Positions 49,713 through 62,341 of a stretch of DNA of 64,000 bases are shown here, one piece after another; the first letter of the stretch is position 1; each line of letters starts with the position of its first letter. The notes beneath the pieces are model-generated. The model was given only the letters and a program-made list of their open reading frames with translations. It was not told the DNA's origin and ran no database searches. The translations under genes were made by a program, and so were the position numbers. Location of the stretch: NCBI RefSeq assembly GCF_036321535.1, contig NC_087438.1:622001-686000 (forward strand). The letters are read 5' to 3'. The stretch comes from Camelus dromedarius (Eukaryota).

Positions 49713-52700
49713 AGAGCAGGTGAGTGACCTCGTGGGCGCAGCAGGTGTGGAAAGACTCCTGGTTTCATCTGGGGGCCCCACTGAGCCGGACCTGATGGCT
49801 CCCCTCACCCTAATGAAAGGTACTTGGCTGCAGGGGGTCCCGAGGCCCCAGACTAGGGATTCCCCTCCCCCAGAGCCAGGGCAGTGATGGGGAGGGGGGC
49901 GAGGGGAGACCTGAGTGAGGGTCTGGAGACAGCCAGCCCCTCCATTGGGCTGGGAGGCCCTGTCTTGAGGGTGTGTCTGGCTCGTGTCTGGGCTGTGGGA
50001 CCCCGAAGCCTGGGGAGTAAAGGGGAGAAGCTCCCACCCAAGGTCTGCCTGTGCAGGGTGACAGGAACCGGTGCCCGGGGCCTGGGCTGGACGAGGCAGT
50101 GCTGGTGTCAAAGGTACGTGGCAGGGGTCTCTACACAGCCCAAAAGTGCTCAACCCCGGAAGGGGACCCAGTGACATCACCTCAGAGCCCCCCTCCACAG
50201 CGGGGGGGAACCTTGACCTCACTTCCCCTTCATGCACCCCACATTCTGTTGGAGAAACCAGGGGACAAACACTGAACTTGCTTCCTATGTAATACAGCCC
50301 CGGATACAGGACCCCACAAGGATGAACACAGGACCCCCAGCAGCCCTTACTGGGGGAGCCCCCATCACCAGTCCAGGCCACACAGAGCAGTGGAAGCCTG
50401 GCCTCTTGGGGGCCTGGAGGCAGAGGGCACGTGGAGGTGAGGGGCTTGTGCTGAAGGGAAGGGGAGGGCCGCCCATAGACACCTGTCCCCCCGGCCTGGA
50501 CAGAAGCTCCCTGTCCCCTTGGGACGTGGCGTGAGGAGCTGCCATCTGCCCCTTTGCAGCGCTGGGCCTGCTCTGCACCCCACACAGGTTGGCCCCCCTC
50601 CCTGTGTCACCCCAGTGTCAGTCGTGGGCTCAGGCCTGGGCCCCCTCCTGGATGCGGGCACCCCGTCCCAGTACAGGAGCAATTGCTGGATCCTCAGGAA
50701 CTGGGGGCCCACAGTTAACCAGGGGTGGCTTGAAATCAGCCACGTGGGATGCCTGTACCCCAGAAGGTGGCAAACACTGCGAACTGTGCACTGCTTACAT
50801 AGGGCAGGTCACCAGCCTCACTAGGAGGTGAGCACTGGGGCCATTCGCAATGGCGGACAGCTCCTGGGGGTCCTCACGAGCCTCCACAGGGGCCTGGTCC
50901 CAATCGCAGGCAGAATTCCAGGTTGAGTCGGCTCAAGCAGAGCAGAAAAGACCAGTGGGGTCTGCATGGCAGAGAACCACCCCCCACCCCGGATATTCTG
51001 GACCTGAGAGCAGAGAGCACGCAGGATGGGGAGGACCCCGCAGCAGGTCAGGAGGCCACGGGCCATGGACTGAGGACCAGCCCCACAGCTGCCTGGAGGC
51101 CCAGAGACAGTGGACATGGAGGACAGCAGACCCACGCTGATGCATGGCTGCCCGGCCTGGGGGGCCGTCAGGACAGGAGCAGACATCAAACCCACCTCAG
51201 TGCCCTGCGGGAGGGGCCACCACAAACACCCACTTGGCTGAACTGTTGAAAACCCGCCGTTAGGCTGCTGCTCCCAGGCCTGGGCACATGGGTCTGCGTG
51301 GGGCACCTGCAGACCCCCCGGGGCTGAGCCCTCACCCTGCATGCGAGGGGCCTCGGGCCCATGGCCACCAGGCTGGCACACACTCACTCTGGGTGGGTCT
51401 GAGCCATCCCGCCTGAAGAGGCTGGGCCAGGCGGGCACCAGGGGGCCCTCCTGCGGCCATTTCCTGCCTGGCAGCCCCAGAGCTCACCACCTGCTGACTT
51501 AGGGCCACAGGGTGTCCCTGGGGCTCCTCCCTTCCCACCTCCACCCCCACCCCCAGGGCCCTCTGCACTGACCCTTCCCCTGCTGGATGACTGTCCCCTC
51601 CCTGGGAGCACCCAGGCCCTTCCTGGCAGCGGGTCTGAGAGACACAGAGACAGAGGCTGAATGTCATTTCCAAGATCTTTGGAGCTTTGGGAACAAGAGC
51701 TAAGTGCTACGTGTTGAAGAATGAACATATTTTAAACTTGAATGAGACTTTGGTGCTTCTCTCCCCGGAGAGATGTGCTGAGAGTGTGGGGAGCTGGGGT
51801 GCCGCAGAGGCACAGCGAAAGGCCCTGAGGGCTCCTCGGTGTTGTCACCCCTGCACCCAGGCCTGTCATCTTGGGGAATGGGAGCCTGGGGGCGAGTCGA
51901 CCGTGGGGTGGGTGCAAGCAGCCCCGCCCACCCCCAGGCTGCCGCTCCCGTTGTCTCCCGGGTCCCACGGAGCCTGGGTCTGTAGGGGGACCTGCTGCAG
52001 GGATGGTGCAGTGCTGGGTCTGCATGGCTTTCATCAGATGGCTTGCAAACCTTAATCTCGGGGGAGGGGTCTCGGGGGCCCTGTCAGTGAGTGTGCGTGT
52101 CCGTGTGCATCTGTGTCCATCCGTGCCCCTGTGCCGTGTGAGTAAAATCTCATTATCTTGGAGTGCTTGCTCCCCCTGCTGGCTCATTGTGGAATTACCG
52201 CCCGCACCATTCCCCGCGTGACCTAGTGCAGCCAGGACAGACGTGTCAGGGAGCGACCCACACCCAACGCCCGCAGGGGTCCAGAGCCTGTGGGGTATAC
52301 ACAGGGGACTGGCTGAGAACCCGGCCACCCACCTGGCCTCTGGGCAGAGCAGGGGTGGAGTCCCGGGGGACAGGAGGCGTGGAAGAGGAAGGAAGAGACT
52401 GCAGTCGGAGGCCAGGGGGCATGGAGGAGCAGTGGGTGGGCCAGGACAATCTGTGCCCACCGTGGGGTCAGCCGTGGTAGAGGGGTCAGGACCCCCTGTC
52501 CTGGGGTGGAGGGGCAAGGGGAGAGGAGGGTGTCCAGGGCGGGGCTTCTGGTCCTGCAGTTCAACCCCGGGGGTGAGCGTGCTGGCATCCAGCTGGGAGG
52601 GGGCTGCCCCTGGAGGGTGTGTGGGCTGCATTCCCTGAAGCCATGGTTGGCTGAACACCCCCTCCCCCCCGTGCCCTGGGTCTGGGGACCCTCCACCCCC

Positions 52701-55700
52701 ACCTCCGCCAGGACAGCATGACCCCACAAAGATGGCCTGGCTTCATCTGAGAGTTTCCCATGAGTGCAGGTGGTGGGGAGCAGTCTGAGACCCCTCCCAG
52801 GAGGCGATTCCATAGGCTCCCCTCCCCTCCCGCTGCCTCAGCCGGTGGTCCCTTTGCTGGAACTCTCCCTGGCACCCCTCCTTTGGTTCCCCCCCGCCTC
52901 CGCACACTGAAGGCTGGGCACTATCCCTGCGGTGGAGACAAGCTTGTCTGTTGGCACTGCAGACTGCCGTGCAGGGCGGGGTCAGGTGGCTCCGGGATGC
53001 CTCTCCTGGACCGTCTTCCTGGGCCGTCCAATCTCACCCTTGGGTTGGCAGAGGCCCCGGGAGACCTGCTCCAAAGATTGCAGTTTTCCTGAGCTGCGCG
53101 GCAGGTGAGACTTAAGTCTGAGCCGCGGTGACTAAGGGCCTATGGGGGTGCCAGGCCTCCCCCGGGGCTGAGGTGAGCCAGAGGGACAGGGCGTGGGGCT
53201 GACCTGGGGAGTCCCAGGGCCAGAGGGAGCAGGTCACACATGCGGCCCCTCCTCCTTCCTCCACCCTCTGACCTTGCCCTGGCTCCCTCCTCTGAAGACT
53301 CTGGTCAGGCCCCCACCCTCCTGGACACTTTTCCCAGCCTCTCACGTGTGGAGCTGACTCAGGCACTGTCCCCTAACCCCCGTGACCTTGCCCTCTGAAC
53401 CCTGGCCACCACCCAAGACAACACCCAGGCCTGATGCTCCCCAAGCCCACCCCATCCGGGGTCATATCTGACCCCCAGACCGTGTCCAGCCCAGAGCGCC
53501 TGGTCCATGACCTGGTGCCCTGGGCCCAGATCCCCTAGCTCGGCCCTGCCAACTCTGACGCCCTGTTGGGCCGGGGGTGACTTCCCTGACAGGGCCCTGG
53601 CCCTCGGCCTGAGCCACCTCGGAGTTCCCTGAGTCGGCTCTGGGCAGCCCTATGTCCTCCGGGGGCCCTCTGACCCTCTGACCTCCAGGAGGGTCCCCAG
53701 AGCCTGATTTCCTTCCCCTCCCCCACCTCAGGCTTTCCTCATGTCCTTGACCCTGACGTCCAGCCTGGCCTCTCCTGACCACCTCCCTGCCCCGAAGTTT
53801 GCGGGTGGGGTCTAGATCCCGTAGCCCCACTCTGTGTGCTGCTCCCCTCCCCCTCCTCGCCCCCCTCGCCTGCCTCAGGCAGCCTGAGTGGCGGAGCTGA
53901 CCGCACCCCTGTGGCCGGCTAATCCCCACTGCCCGTCCCTGCCAGGGAAGCTCTTCTAAAAGAATTAACTCTCCTTCACACGAGTTCTTGCAAAATGCGC
54001 AGCTGAAGTTGTGAAAGTGGTCTCCTGTGCTGGGCTCCCTTCTCTCTCTCACTCTTCCTGCTCAGCTATCTCTTTAGAGTCCACCCTTGAATTCTAACTG
54101 CTGGGGTCTGCCCGCCTCCCTGCCTGGGAGCCCCAGGCCTGTCCTCCAGTGGCTGCAGAGGACAGGAGGTGGGTCATCTCCCACACCCGTGTGCACCTCA
54201 GGGAGGCTGGCACACGGGGCAGGGTCTTTGTAGCCCCCCTCCTGTGTCCCTCTTGGGGCATCAGCCCCAGGTCCTCCAGTGTCCCCTAGACATGCATGTC
54301 CAGGCCCCACCCCCGGCCTGGGCCCCAAGGCTCCCTCCCTGGTGGGGTTGTCCCTCCGCCCTTTCCACTCACACCCTCACTGCAGCCAGCACCATCTCAG
54401 CCCCAGGAACTCTGATGGGGAGGGCTCCCCCAACCTGCCTGGCTTGGAATGCCTCTCACCCTTGGGTAGTGATCCTGGCCTCTGGCCTGACCCTTGCCGG
54501 CCTCTCAGGCCCTGCTCTCTGCCCCTGACTCCGTTGGTCCTCCCTGAACATGGTGGGGGGTGCCCTGGGGCTCCTCGCCTGGCTCTTCTCTGCTTCCGCC
54601 CCGCCCCCCCCACCCCCGGGCCTGTCTACCACTGAATGGCACCTGATGGGGCCGTTGTGTTGAGGGCCATACAGGGCAGCTCTGCAAGGCACTTTAAGAT
54701 CTACCAGTGAACGCAGCCACACAGACGCCAGCTTCTTGGCTCGGCTGTGCCCCATCTGTTAAAGGGGCCACGGGAACCCCGGCAGAGTCCACACTGAGAG
54801 AGCCTGAGAACCAGCGCTCTGGCCCGCGGTCAGTGTAGCCTCCAGTGAGGTCCGTCTCGGGCGGGCCCTGGTGCACAGGAGCTGTGGGATTACGGAGAAA
54901 CGGTTCCAAAATGGTCGTTGGGGTGAACCTCGAATTTTGTTCTTGTGATAGAAATGTTCCTCCCAAACCGCATTCCCTTCAAAGCGCCTCTGTTACGAGG
55001 CTTGGGTGCACTGGCACCCACCCTGCCTGCCAGAGGTCAACAGTGAGCCTCAGCCAAATTCCAGAGTGACGGGTCCTGCTCACACGCAGCTCACGTGTCC
55101 CCGAGGGCACGGCAGCGGCTTGTGGGCGGCGGCCAGCCTGGAGGCTGGGCATGGACGTAAGGGCACAGTTGTGGGCTCTGTGCCCCTCCCCACGATGGAC
55201 CCCCGGGACCTGCTCTGTGTGTCTCTGTGCACCTAAGATCTGCTCTGAAACCCAAACAGGGCAGCTGTGAAGTGGGGATCCCTGCCTCCCCGGGGGGATG
55301 CAGGGCGCCCAGTGAGGAGGGGGCTGTGGGGAGGGCAGCCCAGGGCTGGGGGTCTGCTGAGCTCGTTCTGCGAGGACTGAGGAAAGGCTGTCAGCATCTC
55401 GAGGGAGCTGGGTGCAGGAGGGGGCTGACTTCCAGGGTCAGGGGCGGTTGCAGGGGCCTGAGGCTCTGGGACTGGTCCAGGTGAGTCCGGGAGGGCAGGA
55501 CGAGGGCTGAGGGGCCAGAGGTTTGTGGAAGAGGGTCCTGGAATAGGGGTGGGGGTGTCATGTGGGGACCCTTGAAGGGGCCACAGGTGTAAAGGCCAGG
55601 TTCCCAGACTGTCCCACCCCCAAGGTTCCTGCCCGCCCCTCAGGGTTTCTCTCCAAGGACACTAGTTAGGGGTGGGGTGCAGGGTCTCGTGGAAAATTAC

Positions 55701-56589
55701 TGGGCTGGACGTCCGCTGAGAAGTCATCTCCTCAGGTTGATGGTTAATCCTGCTCGTCGGCTGGAAAACAATCTGACCCGTTTCTGGGAATGCCCTGAGC
55801 AGGGGCAGCTGGTGACAGCTGGGCACTGACCGTGGGGCAGCCCTCCGCCCTGCCCAGAAACTCCCGCCTCGCTGGGGAGGGCGGGTCAGGCCGCTGCTCT
55901 GCTCTGGGAGGCCCCGGGGCCAAGTGCTCTGAGCCTCGGGTGTGACTCCCCGACACAGAGAGGTGGGAAAACAGCCCAGTGCCCTCACCTCTCAGAAGGA
56001 GGGTAGTGGCAACTGCAATCATGAAAATCAATGGAAGAGACCCCAGCTAGAACCGAGGGGTGGGGGGTTCCTCCAGCAGGGACCACTCACATCAGTACAG
56101 GTGCCGGCAGGGAGTCAGGACGTCACCACCTCCTCACACCAGCGGGAGGAGGAAAGATGCCCCACGCCCGGCGACCGCTCAGCCAATGAAAACCCACCCC
56201 CGCGAAACCCGTTTCCTCCAGAAGACGGTGCTCACACGTCACCACACTCGCGTGTCCAGAATCGCACTTCTTTGCTGTTCTTGAGCGAATCTGATTTCTG
56301 GTAAAAAATAATTGGCTGTTTACTGTTTTCAGTTAACCTACTGAAAATACGTAAGTAGCTGAGGGACCTGAAAAACCTTAATGCAGCCAGAAACGAGACA
56401 CACAAACCAGTATCTTAGCCACGAACTCCTACTTAAGCCGGCAACGGTTGGAGTGACGTCCAGTGCTTCCCAGGGGCACGTGGAGTCAGCACTCCTGCGC
56501 CGAGGTCTTTCCAGAAAGCAGCTTTCATTTCCTTCAGCCTCCTGAGCCACTTCTAGAAAAATCCATCCCAGGAGTTCAAAGATGGGGAG

Positions 56590-57010
56590 AAGGGTTTTTG
56601 AACAAAGATGTTTATTGCAGCAGTATTTATAATAACTAAAATCTCAAACACCAGAACTGCCCAACAATAGAAAAATGGGTAACATGGTCACACAAACTCC
56701 AGTACGGCCCCACATGAGGGCCAGTGGGCAGTGTGAATTTTGTGGTGTGGGAAAATAACACGTTAGGCGGAAAAATGCAGAATGACACCCGTTATGTATG
56801 AGTATCAGCATGTACGTGCAGCATGTGTGCACGTGTGTGTGTGCACACGTACATGAGGATAAAAATGCTGGACTGGTTTTTTACCGCCATCTACGGATCG
56901 TGAAATCACGAATGCTTTTTACTCATCTCTTGCGTTTGTTCTGAATCTTCCAAGTTACATGACACATTTCCATTACACAAATGTGTTAATTTCATAATCA
57001 CAGAAGCGGC
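56590..57010 (+). mobile_element. Old L1 (L1ME-like) fragment
   Basis: aagatgtttattgcagcagtatttataata...tgcccaacaatagaaaaatgg. Confidence 0.55.
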
Positions 57011-58442
57011 AAAAAGACAAATGTGCACATGCCACTACTGACCTGGCCAGATCACTTTAGACCCTTTAGCTTCTGTCTTGTCTGCTTTTTCTAACCATGA
57101 GAATAAGCCGGAGGGCTCTGTGGGCGGGCCCTGGGCTCCCGGCAGGCCTCGGGGTCCCCAGGCCTCCTGCTCGCCCGCTGCGCCCACCGTGTTCCTCCCC
57201 GGCGCCCGCGGGCCAAGGCAGCTGTTATCGTGAGGAAGGCAGGATCTCACTGCATCCTGTCCCAGCTTATCTTGGGGCTATTTCCTCAAAGACCCAGGTC
57301 GGTAACAACCTGTTCTCTGGACAACCCAGCAGTAAACAAACACAGGAAGGGGCCTCCAGGGGACTCTGGCCTCCCACCTGGCCAGGTGAGTGCAGCGGGA
57401 AGCCTGCGTCCCTGGGTTCAGGCGCACTCAGGCAGGTGCTCCGGGGACCCCCACTCCCAGTGGGCAGGGCCTGGGAGCTGCATCCCTCTGCGTTCAGACA
57501 GGGCTCTCAGGCAGGGGTGATTCTGACCCTGTGGCTCGCCTCTGGGCCCACAAGTCGATGAGACTGGGCCTGGGCGGGGTCTGAACGGAGGAGCGTCAGA
57601 GGTCCCGAGACTTCCGAGGCTACTACGCAGTGACTCGAGCCTTATAAACAGGCGTCTCCATGAAGACGCAGGATGGAGAGGCAAAGGTTACTGACCCGGG
57701 AGATCCCGAGACTGTCCCCGGCCCCCACCGCTGCCTGCCCTGCCTCTCGTGCTGGATGGCTTCCAAAGCCCGGGTGTGGCTGGGCCGTCAGGAGTCACAG
57801 ATAACCCGTCCTGTCCTAAGGCTTTCGGATGGCGCCGTCCTGCCCGGCACAGGAAGACTTCATAACGCGGCTGCTCAGCTTCCTTTCCCGCGGATTTGGA
57901 GCGTGAGCCATCCTCTTAGCACAAATGTGAGAAAAATCTGAAGCTGACTGGGTGTCCGTTGGGATGGCATCTGATTGAAAAGACACCAAATTTTACAAAA
58001 TTTTATCAAGGCTTCAAAACAAGCCGTCTGGTCCATTTCAACTGCGCTTTCTAAGACTTACAAAATTAGCAAAGATTAAAACCAGTAATACTGATTGTCA
58101 GTAAAAGTGCGGTGGGCGGACTGTCCTGCTGGCTGGTGGGATCACAGCAACGTGGGGTCTGCATCTGCTCCCGAGGTGGGAGTGGTCCGCGGCCCCGAAA
58201 TTCTCTCCAAGCAACTGACCCCAACTAAGTGACCAGAATTCTGGATCGACACACAGGGTGAAGGAGCATGGTGTAAAACCCTAAGTTAACTTGTCGTCAG
58301 CTGAATCCAGGGATATAAATTACTACGCACTGTGGTCAATTTGGGATTACCCCAGGAAGATAAGGTTGTTTTAAAGTTAAAAATGAGCGGTTCATTAAGA
58401 GAACCCAGGGATGGGTATTTGTAAACACGCATCAAAACAGAG

Positions 58443-58514
58443 GAGGCCTCTTGAGGTGAGGTGGCCCCTCGAGGTGGGGAGGCCCCTCAGGTGGGGAGGC
58501 CCCCCGAGGTGGGG
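58443..58514. repeat. Short degenerate ~18-bp tandem repeat (gaggtggggaggcccctc, ~4 units)
   Basis: Directly visible. Confidence 0.75.
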
Positions 58515-58799
58515 TTCTTGGGGGCGTGATGGAAGTGCTGGCCCTGGCTGTAGAGGTGGCTGATGTGAACACACTGAAAAGAGACTGAATTGTACTTGGT
58601 GACGTTTACACGTCCATCAGGCTGTTCCAGCAGAATAAAGGGACTCAGTACACGCAGAGTAGAAGGGGGACTCCTTTATCCGACAAGAGTTTGCACAAGC
58701 ATCTCCCTCGCACTCGATGGGCCCAAAGGGGAAACACTGAAAACGTCTCACGAGATGGGGAGCGAGGCAGGGGTGCAGCCGGACACCATGTGAGGAGGT

Positions 58800-59260
58800 G
58801 AGAAAAATGAGAGTGAAAGGCAGAAGGTGGGAAAGTGTTAAATTGAAACTGTCCTTTTCAGTTGGTATAATTTTGTATTGAGGGTATCTTTAAAAATCAA
58901 CGGTTAAACGTATTAGAGAAAGATTTCCATCTAAAAATAGTGTTGTCACACATGTCAGCAGTACACAATGAGAAGGTGAACGTTAAAAACAATGTTATTC
59001 ACAAGAGCATCCAATAAGTCAAACCCCAAGAATAAATGTAATAAAAGATCTTCCAGACAGAAGAACTGTAAAACACTACGGAGAAAGAGAAAGCCTGTGC
59101 TGTTGGAGGGGCACGCTGTGCTCATGGCTTGCAAAACCCCGTATTTTAAAGACCCCATTTAAATCGACCTGTAGACCCATAGATTGAATGCACTTTGGTC
59201 CAAGTCCCAGACGGCATTCCGTGGGAACTTACAAGCTTGTTCTAAGATGTATGTGCCCTT
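58800..59260 (+). mobile_element. Degraded L1 ORF2 region (target of the LTR insertion)
   Basis: A-rich, L1 ORF2-like: aaactgtccttttca...gaactgtaaaacacta...tagattgaatgca...ttctaagatgtatgtg. Confidence 0.55.
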
Positions 59261-59264
59261 GAAG

Positions 59265-59734
59265 TGTTGCAGAAGAAACGTGTTACAGCCCAGCGTTGTT
59301 ACAGCTCAGTCGTGACAGCAACCAGGATCCGGGCAAGAGACCGAGCAGCACTCGGAGAGTCGGACGGAGAACTCAGCTTTACTACGCCAGCGGGCCCAGA
59401 GGAGTGAACACTCCAAGCTCTGGACGCGGTCTGCAGGGTTGCACAGGCTGTTATAGGCTGCTAGCTTACACTTTGCAACATCATATGCAAATAAGGTGTA
59501 ACAAAAATTGACTAATTAGGGACAAGCTTTGTAGAAATGGACCAATCAGGAGTGAAGGAAATAACCAATCAGGAGTGAGCTCAGGGAACCAATAGAACTT
59601 TAGGGGTAAGTAAGCCGTTTCAGAGGCAAAAAGTGAGCTAGAGCCTCTGGGCCCGGGAACCGGGTGGGGCCGGCAGGAGAGCAGCGGCCCTGCCTGGGGG
59701 TCCTGACGGTCTTTTTATGGGGCTTCCCGCCTCA
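59265..59734 (-). mobile_element. Solo LTR of an endogenous retrovirus (ERV1-type), 470 bp
   Basis: TG...CA termini; exact 4-bp flanking duplication GAAG (59261-59264 and 59735-59738). On the minus strand the order is CCAAT boxes, octamer, TATAA (59451-59455), AGTAAA (59378-59383). Interrupts L1-like sequence. Confidence 0.85.
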
Positions 59735-60839
59735 GAAGAACACAGCTGGAAGACACGAAGTCTGTGATAAAACTTCGGGAGTGAAGGCTGCCTGCCCTTG
59801 AGGAAAAGGTAGACAAAGAGACCAAAAGAGCAGAGTGTGTCGTGGAGACACAGACCGCGCAGACACCAAGAGGTTTACCGCAAAGGCAGCTCTGGGGGAA
59901 GATGCGCAAGGGTGACATTTTGAGTAAACGGGGCCACAGCATTTGAATATTCCTCCCCCTCCAACAAGAAGGCTCTCGACTGACAGCTGCCTCACACGAC
60001 ACGGGAGACTCAGTTCTGAGTGGCTCACTGACTTCAGCGTGTAAGGAAACACTAAGGCTTCTGGACGGAAGGCGAGAGGATGTCCGCAGGACCGGGAGGT
60101 AGGCGAAGGGACTTACAGGAGCGGTGATCGGACAACGCTGCCACGAGCACTTCTGTTCATTAGAAGCGCCCACAGGCGGAGGACCGGGCCGGGCCCGGGG
60201 GGAGGAGCCTGTGGAGCCCTGTCCAGGGCTCCCGAAAATGTCCTGGACATTAGTGGGAAGGAGTCAGCCCCCCACGATCTAAGGGCATTTGAACAGCATT
60301 TCCCGGGAGGTTAGCGATGTCACAGGCCTCGGGGAAATGCAGAGTAAAGACGTAACATGCACCCTTGCTGGGGACACAATGGCCACTGAGTAAGAGGGCT
60401 GGCGACTGGGACTGTGGAACAACCCCGGGGCCGGCGGGTGGTGGGCTCCACCCCCGGGGAGTGGTTTGGCCACATCTGCTTGGGCTGGGCACCCGTGGGG
60501 GACAGACACGCACGTGCCGGGAGGAGAGGACAGGCTTCAGAGTGGCTCCTGTGGTAACGGCACAGCTGGACTCCTGCAGCTAGAACAGAGGAATGAACCC
60601 TGGCCCCCCCCGGCACCTCCACCAGGGAGCCGGCAGGGCGGTGGCGGGAAAGACCCCGGGAACTCGCTGAGCCCTGGAGGCCTGGAGCAGGCAGTGTAGA
60701 CTGTGGATGCCGGGAGCAGGAGGTGTAGACCATGGATGCTGTCGGGTGCCCCTCAGGAACAGCAGACCCAGCTGCGCTTTCAGACCTGCAGATGGTGGTT
60801 GCTTTGGGGGAGGTAGGGGTGCCTGGTAGGGAGCAGGGC

Positions 60840-61340
60840 CTCAGGGGCTCTGGAATGTTCTGTTCTTGATCTGGGTGATCTTGGATGTTCCTGCTTTACG
60901 AAAATTCACCAACCCGCCAACCGGTAACAAAAAGACGTGTGTTCACATACATTTACCACGACAATACTTAGAACGGGGACAAGTGGAAAGCGGCAGAGGT
61001 GTGCTGTGCCGGGGATTTTTCTGTGATAAACGACTGCACACGCAGCACCGAGCACGCCTGATGGTCCATGTCAAAAATGACATTTGGAGGAAAAATCTAA
61101 CAAAAAGTTAGTAACATAAAACAAATTTAAATATAGTCTTAAAATTTTTAATTTAACAAAAGGAAATTACTCAAGATATAATGTTAAGTAAAGCTCAGGC
61201 ACAGACAGAAATTTCAAGGGGTGAGTGTGTGTGCGTCGCCCACGGGGGACTGAGGGAGCTCTCCGTGTTCATCTCCGGCTGGTGGTTGAAAACCCTCCGA
61301 TTTTCCTCACTGAGCATGTGTTTCCTTTGTAGTAAAATGT
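60840..61340 (+). mobile_element. Old L1ME-like 3' UTR fragments
   Basis: aatgttctgttcttgatctgggtg...gaaaattcac, followed by an AT-rich stretch. Confidence 0.45.
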
Positions 61341-62087
61341 TGTTCTGGCAGGTGTGGGCGGAGAGCCATGGTTCGGTGTGGAAGGAGGTGGCCTCGGGCT
61401 GCTGGAGGGGAGGGACTGCAGATGCCCTGGCATGTTGTCATGGACGAACGGGACTTTCCACAAGGTGCCCGTGACCTCTCGGCTTTGAGAGAGGCGCAGG
61501 GGTCCCGGCAGCCGTGGGGTGGTGCCTCTCGGGCTCCTCCAGGCCGGGGGAGGGGATGGGAGGGGATGGAAGGGGCAGTGGATTCAAACGCTGTCTCTGG
61601 CCTCTGTCTTCCTGGTTGTTTCCAAATACAATTCTAGTGAGAGCAGAAGGCCTGCTGGGCCTGCCGTCCCTTCCCCTGGGCCACCCTGGAGTTTGGAAAG
61701 GGGCTGACCCTTGAGTGGTCTCAGGGACCTGTGGGCCCTGGGGGGCTACCAGGAGGGGGAGCCTGGAAAGGAGGGGCATGAGCAGTTAGCCAAGTAACTA
61801 AGTAAACCGCACCTCCCGTCCCACGGGAAGGAGATAAGGCTGCGCAGGAGGGAAGAGTGGGAGGTGTCCGGCTGCGGGCAAGCCGGCGACCTTGGATAGA
61901 TGCCCTGGCTGGAAGTGGGGGGGCGGGCCCCTGGGCCCTGGGAGGGGCAGGAGGGGCCTCAGCTGGAGGGCAGCAGGGGCAGTGAGAGGTCCCAGCAGGT
62001 CAGGCAGCACCTGCAGGTCAAGGAAGGTGGCGGAGGTTCCAGCAGGAGGGTCCGGGGAGAGCAGATGCCTCCGAGAGGCTGTGGAAG

Positions 62088-62341
62088 CCTCCCCTCCCCC
62101 TCCCTGCCCCCTTATCCCATCCTCCCTCCCTTCCTCCCTTCCCTCCCCTCCTCTTTCTCCCCCTCCCTTCCCCTGCCCTCTTTCCTCCTCTCCCCTCCTC
62201 CCCCTTCCTCCCACCTTCTGCCAGCATCTCTGACTCTGTCTCTGCCTCCATCTCTCTACCCCCCTCTCTCTCTGTCGCTCTCTGTCCCTGTCTTTTCCTC
62301 CGTCTCTGTCTCTGGCTCTCTCTCTGTCTCTCTCTCTCTCC
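62088..62341. repeat. Polypyrimidine (CCT/CT-rich) tract
   Basis: About 250 bp, strongly C/T-dominated on the + strand, ending in (CT)n. Confidence 0.9.

Noticed and set aside
49191..50585. Longest ORF (464 aa), and similar long ORFs at 11404-12585, 18119-19183 and 51732-52727
   Set aside because: Pro/Gly/Arg/Ser-biased with no recognisable domain (the longest runs through a microsatellite); expected from stop-codon scarcity in GC-rich DNA.
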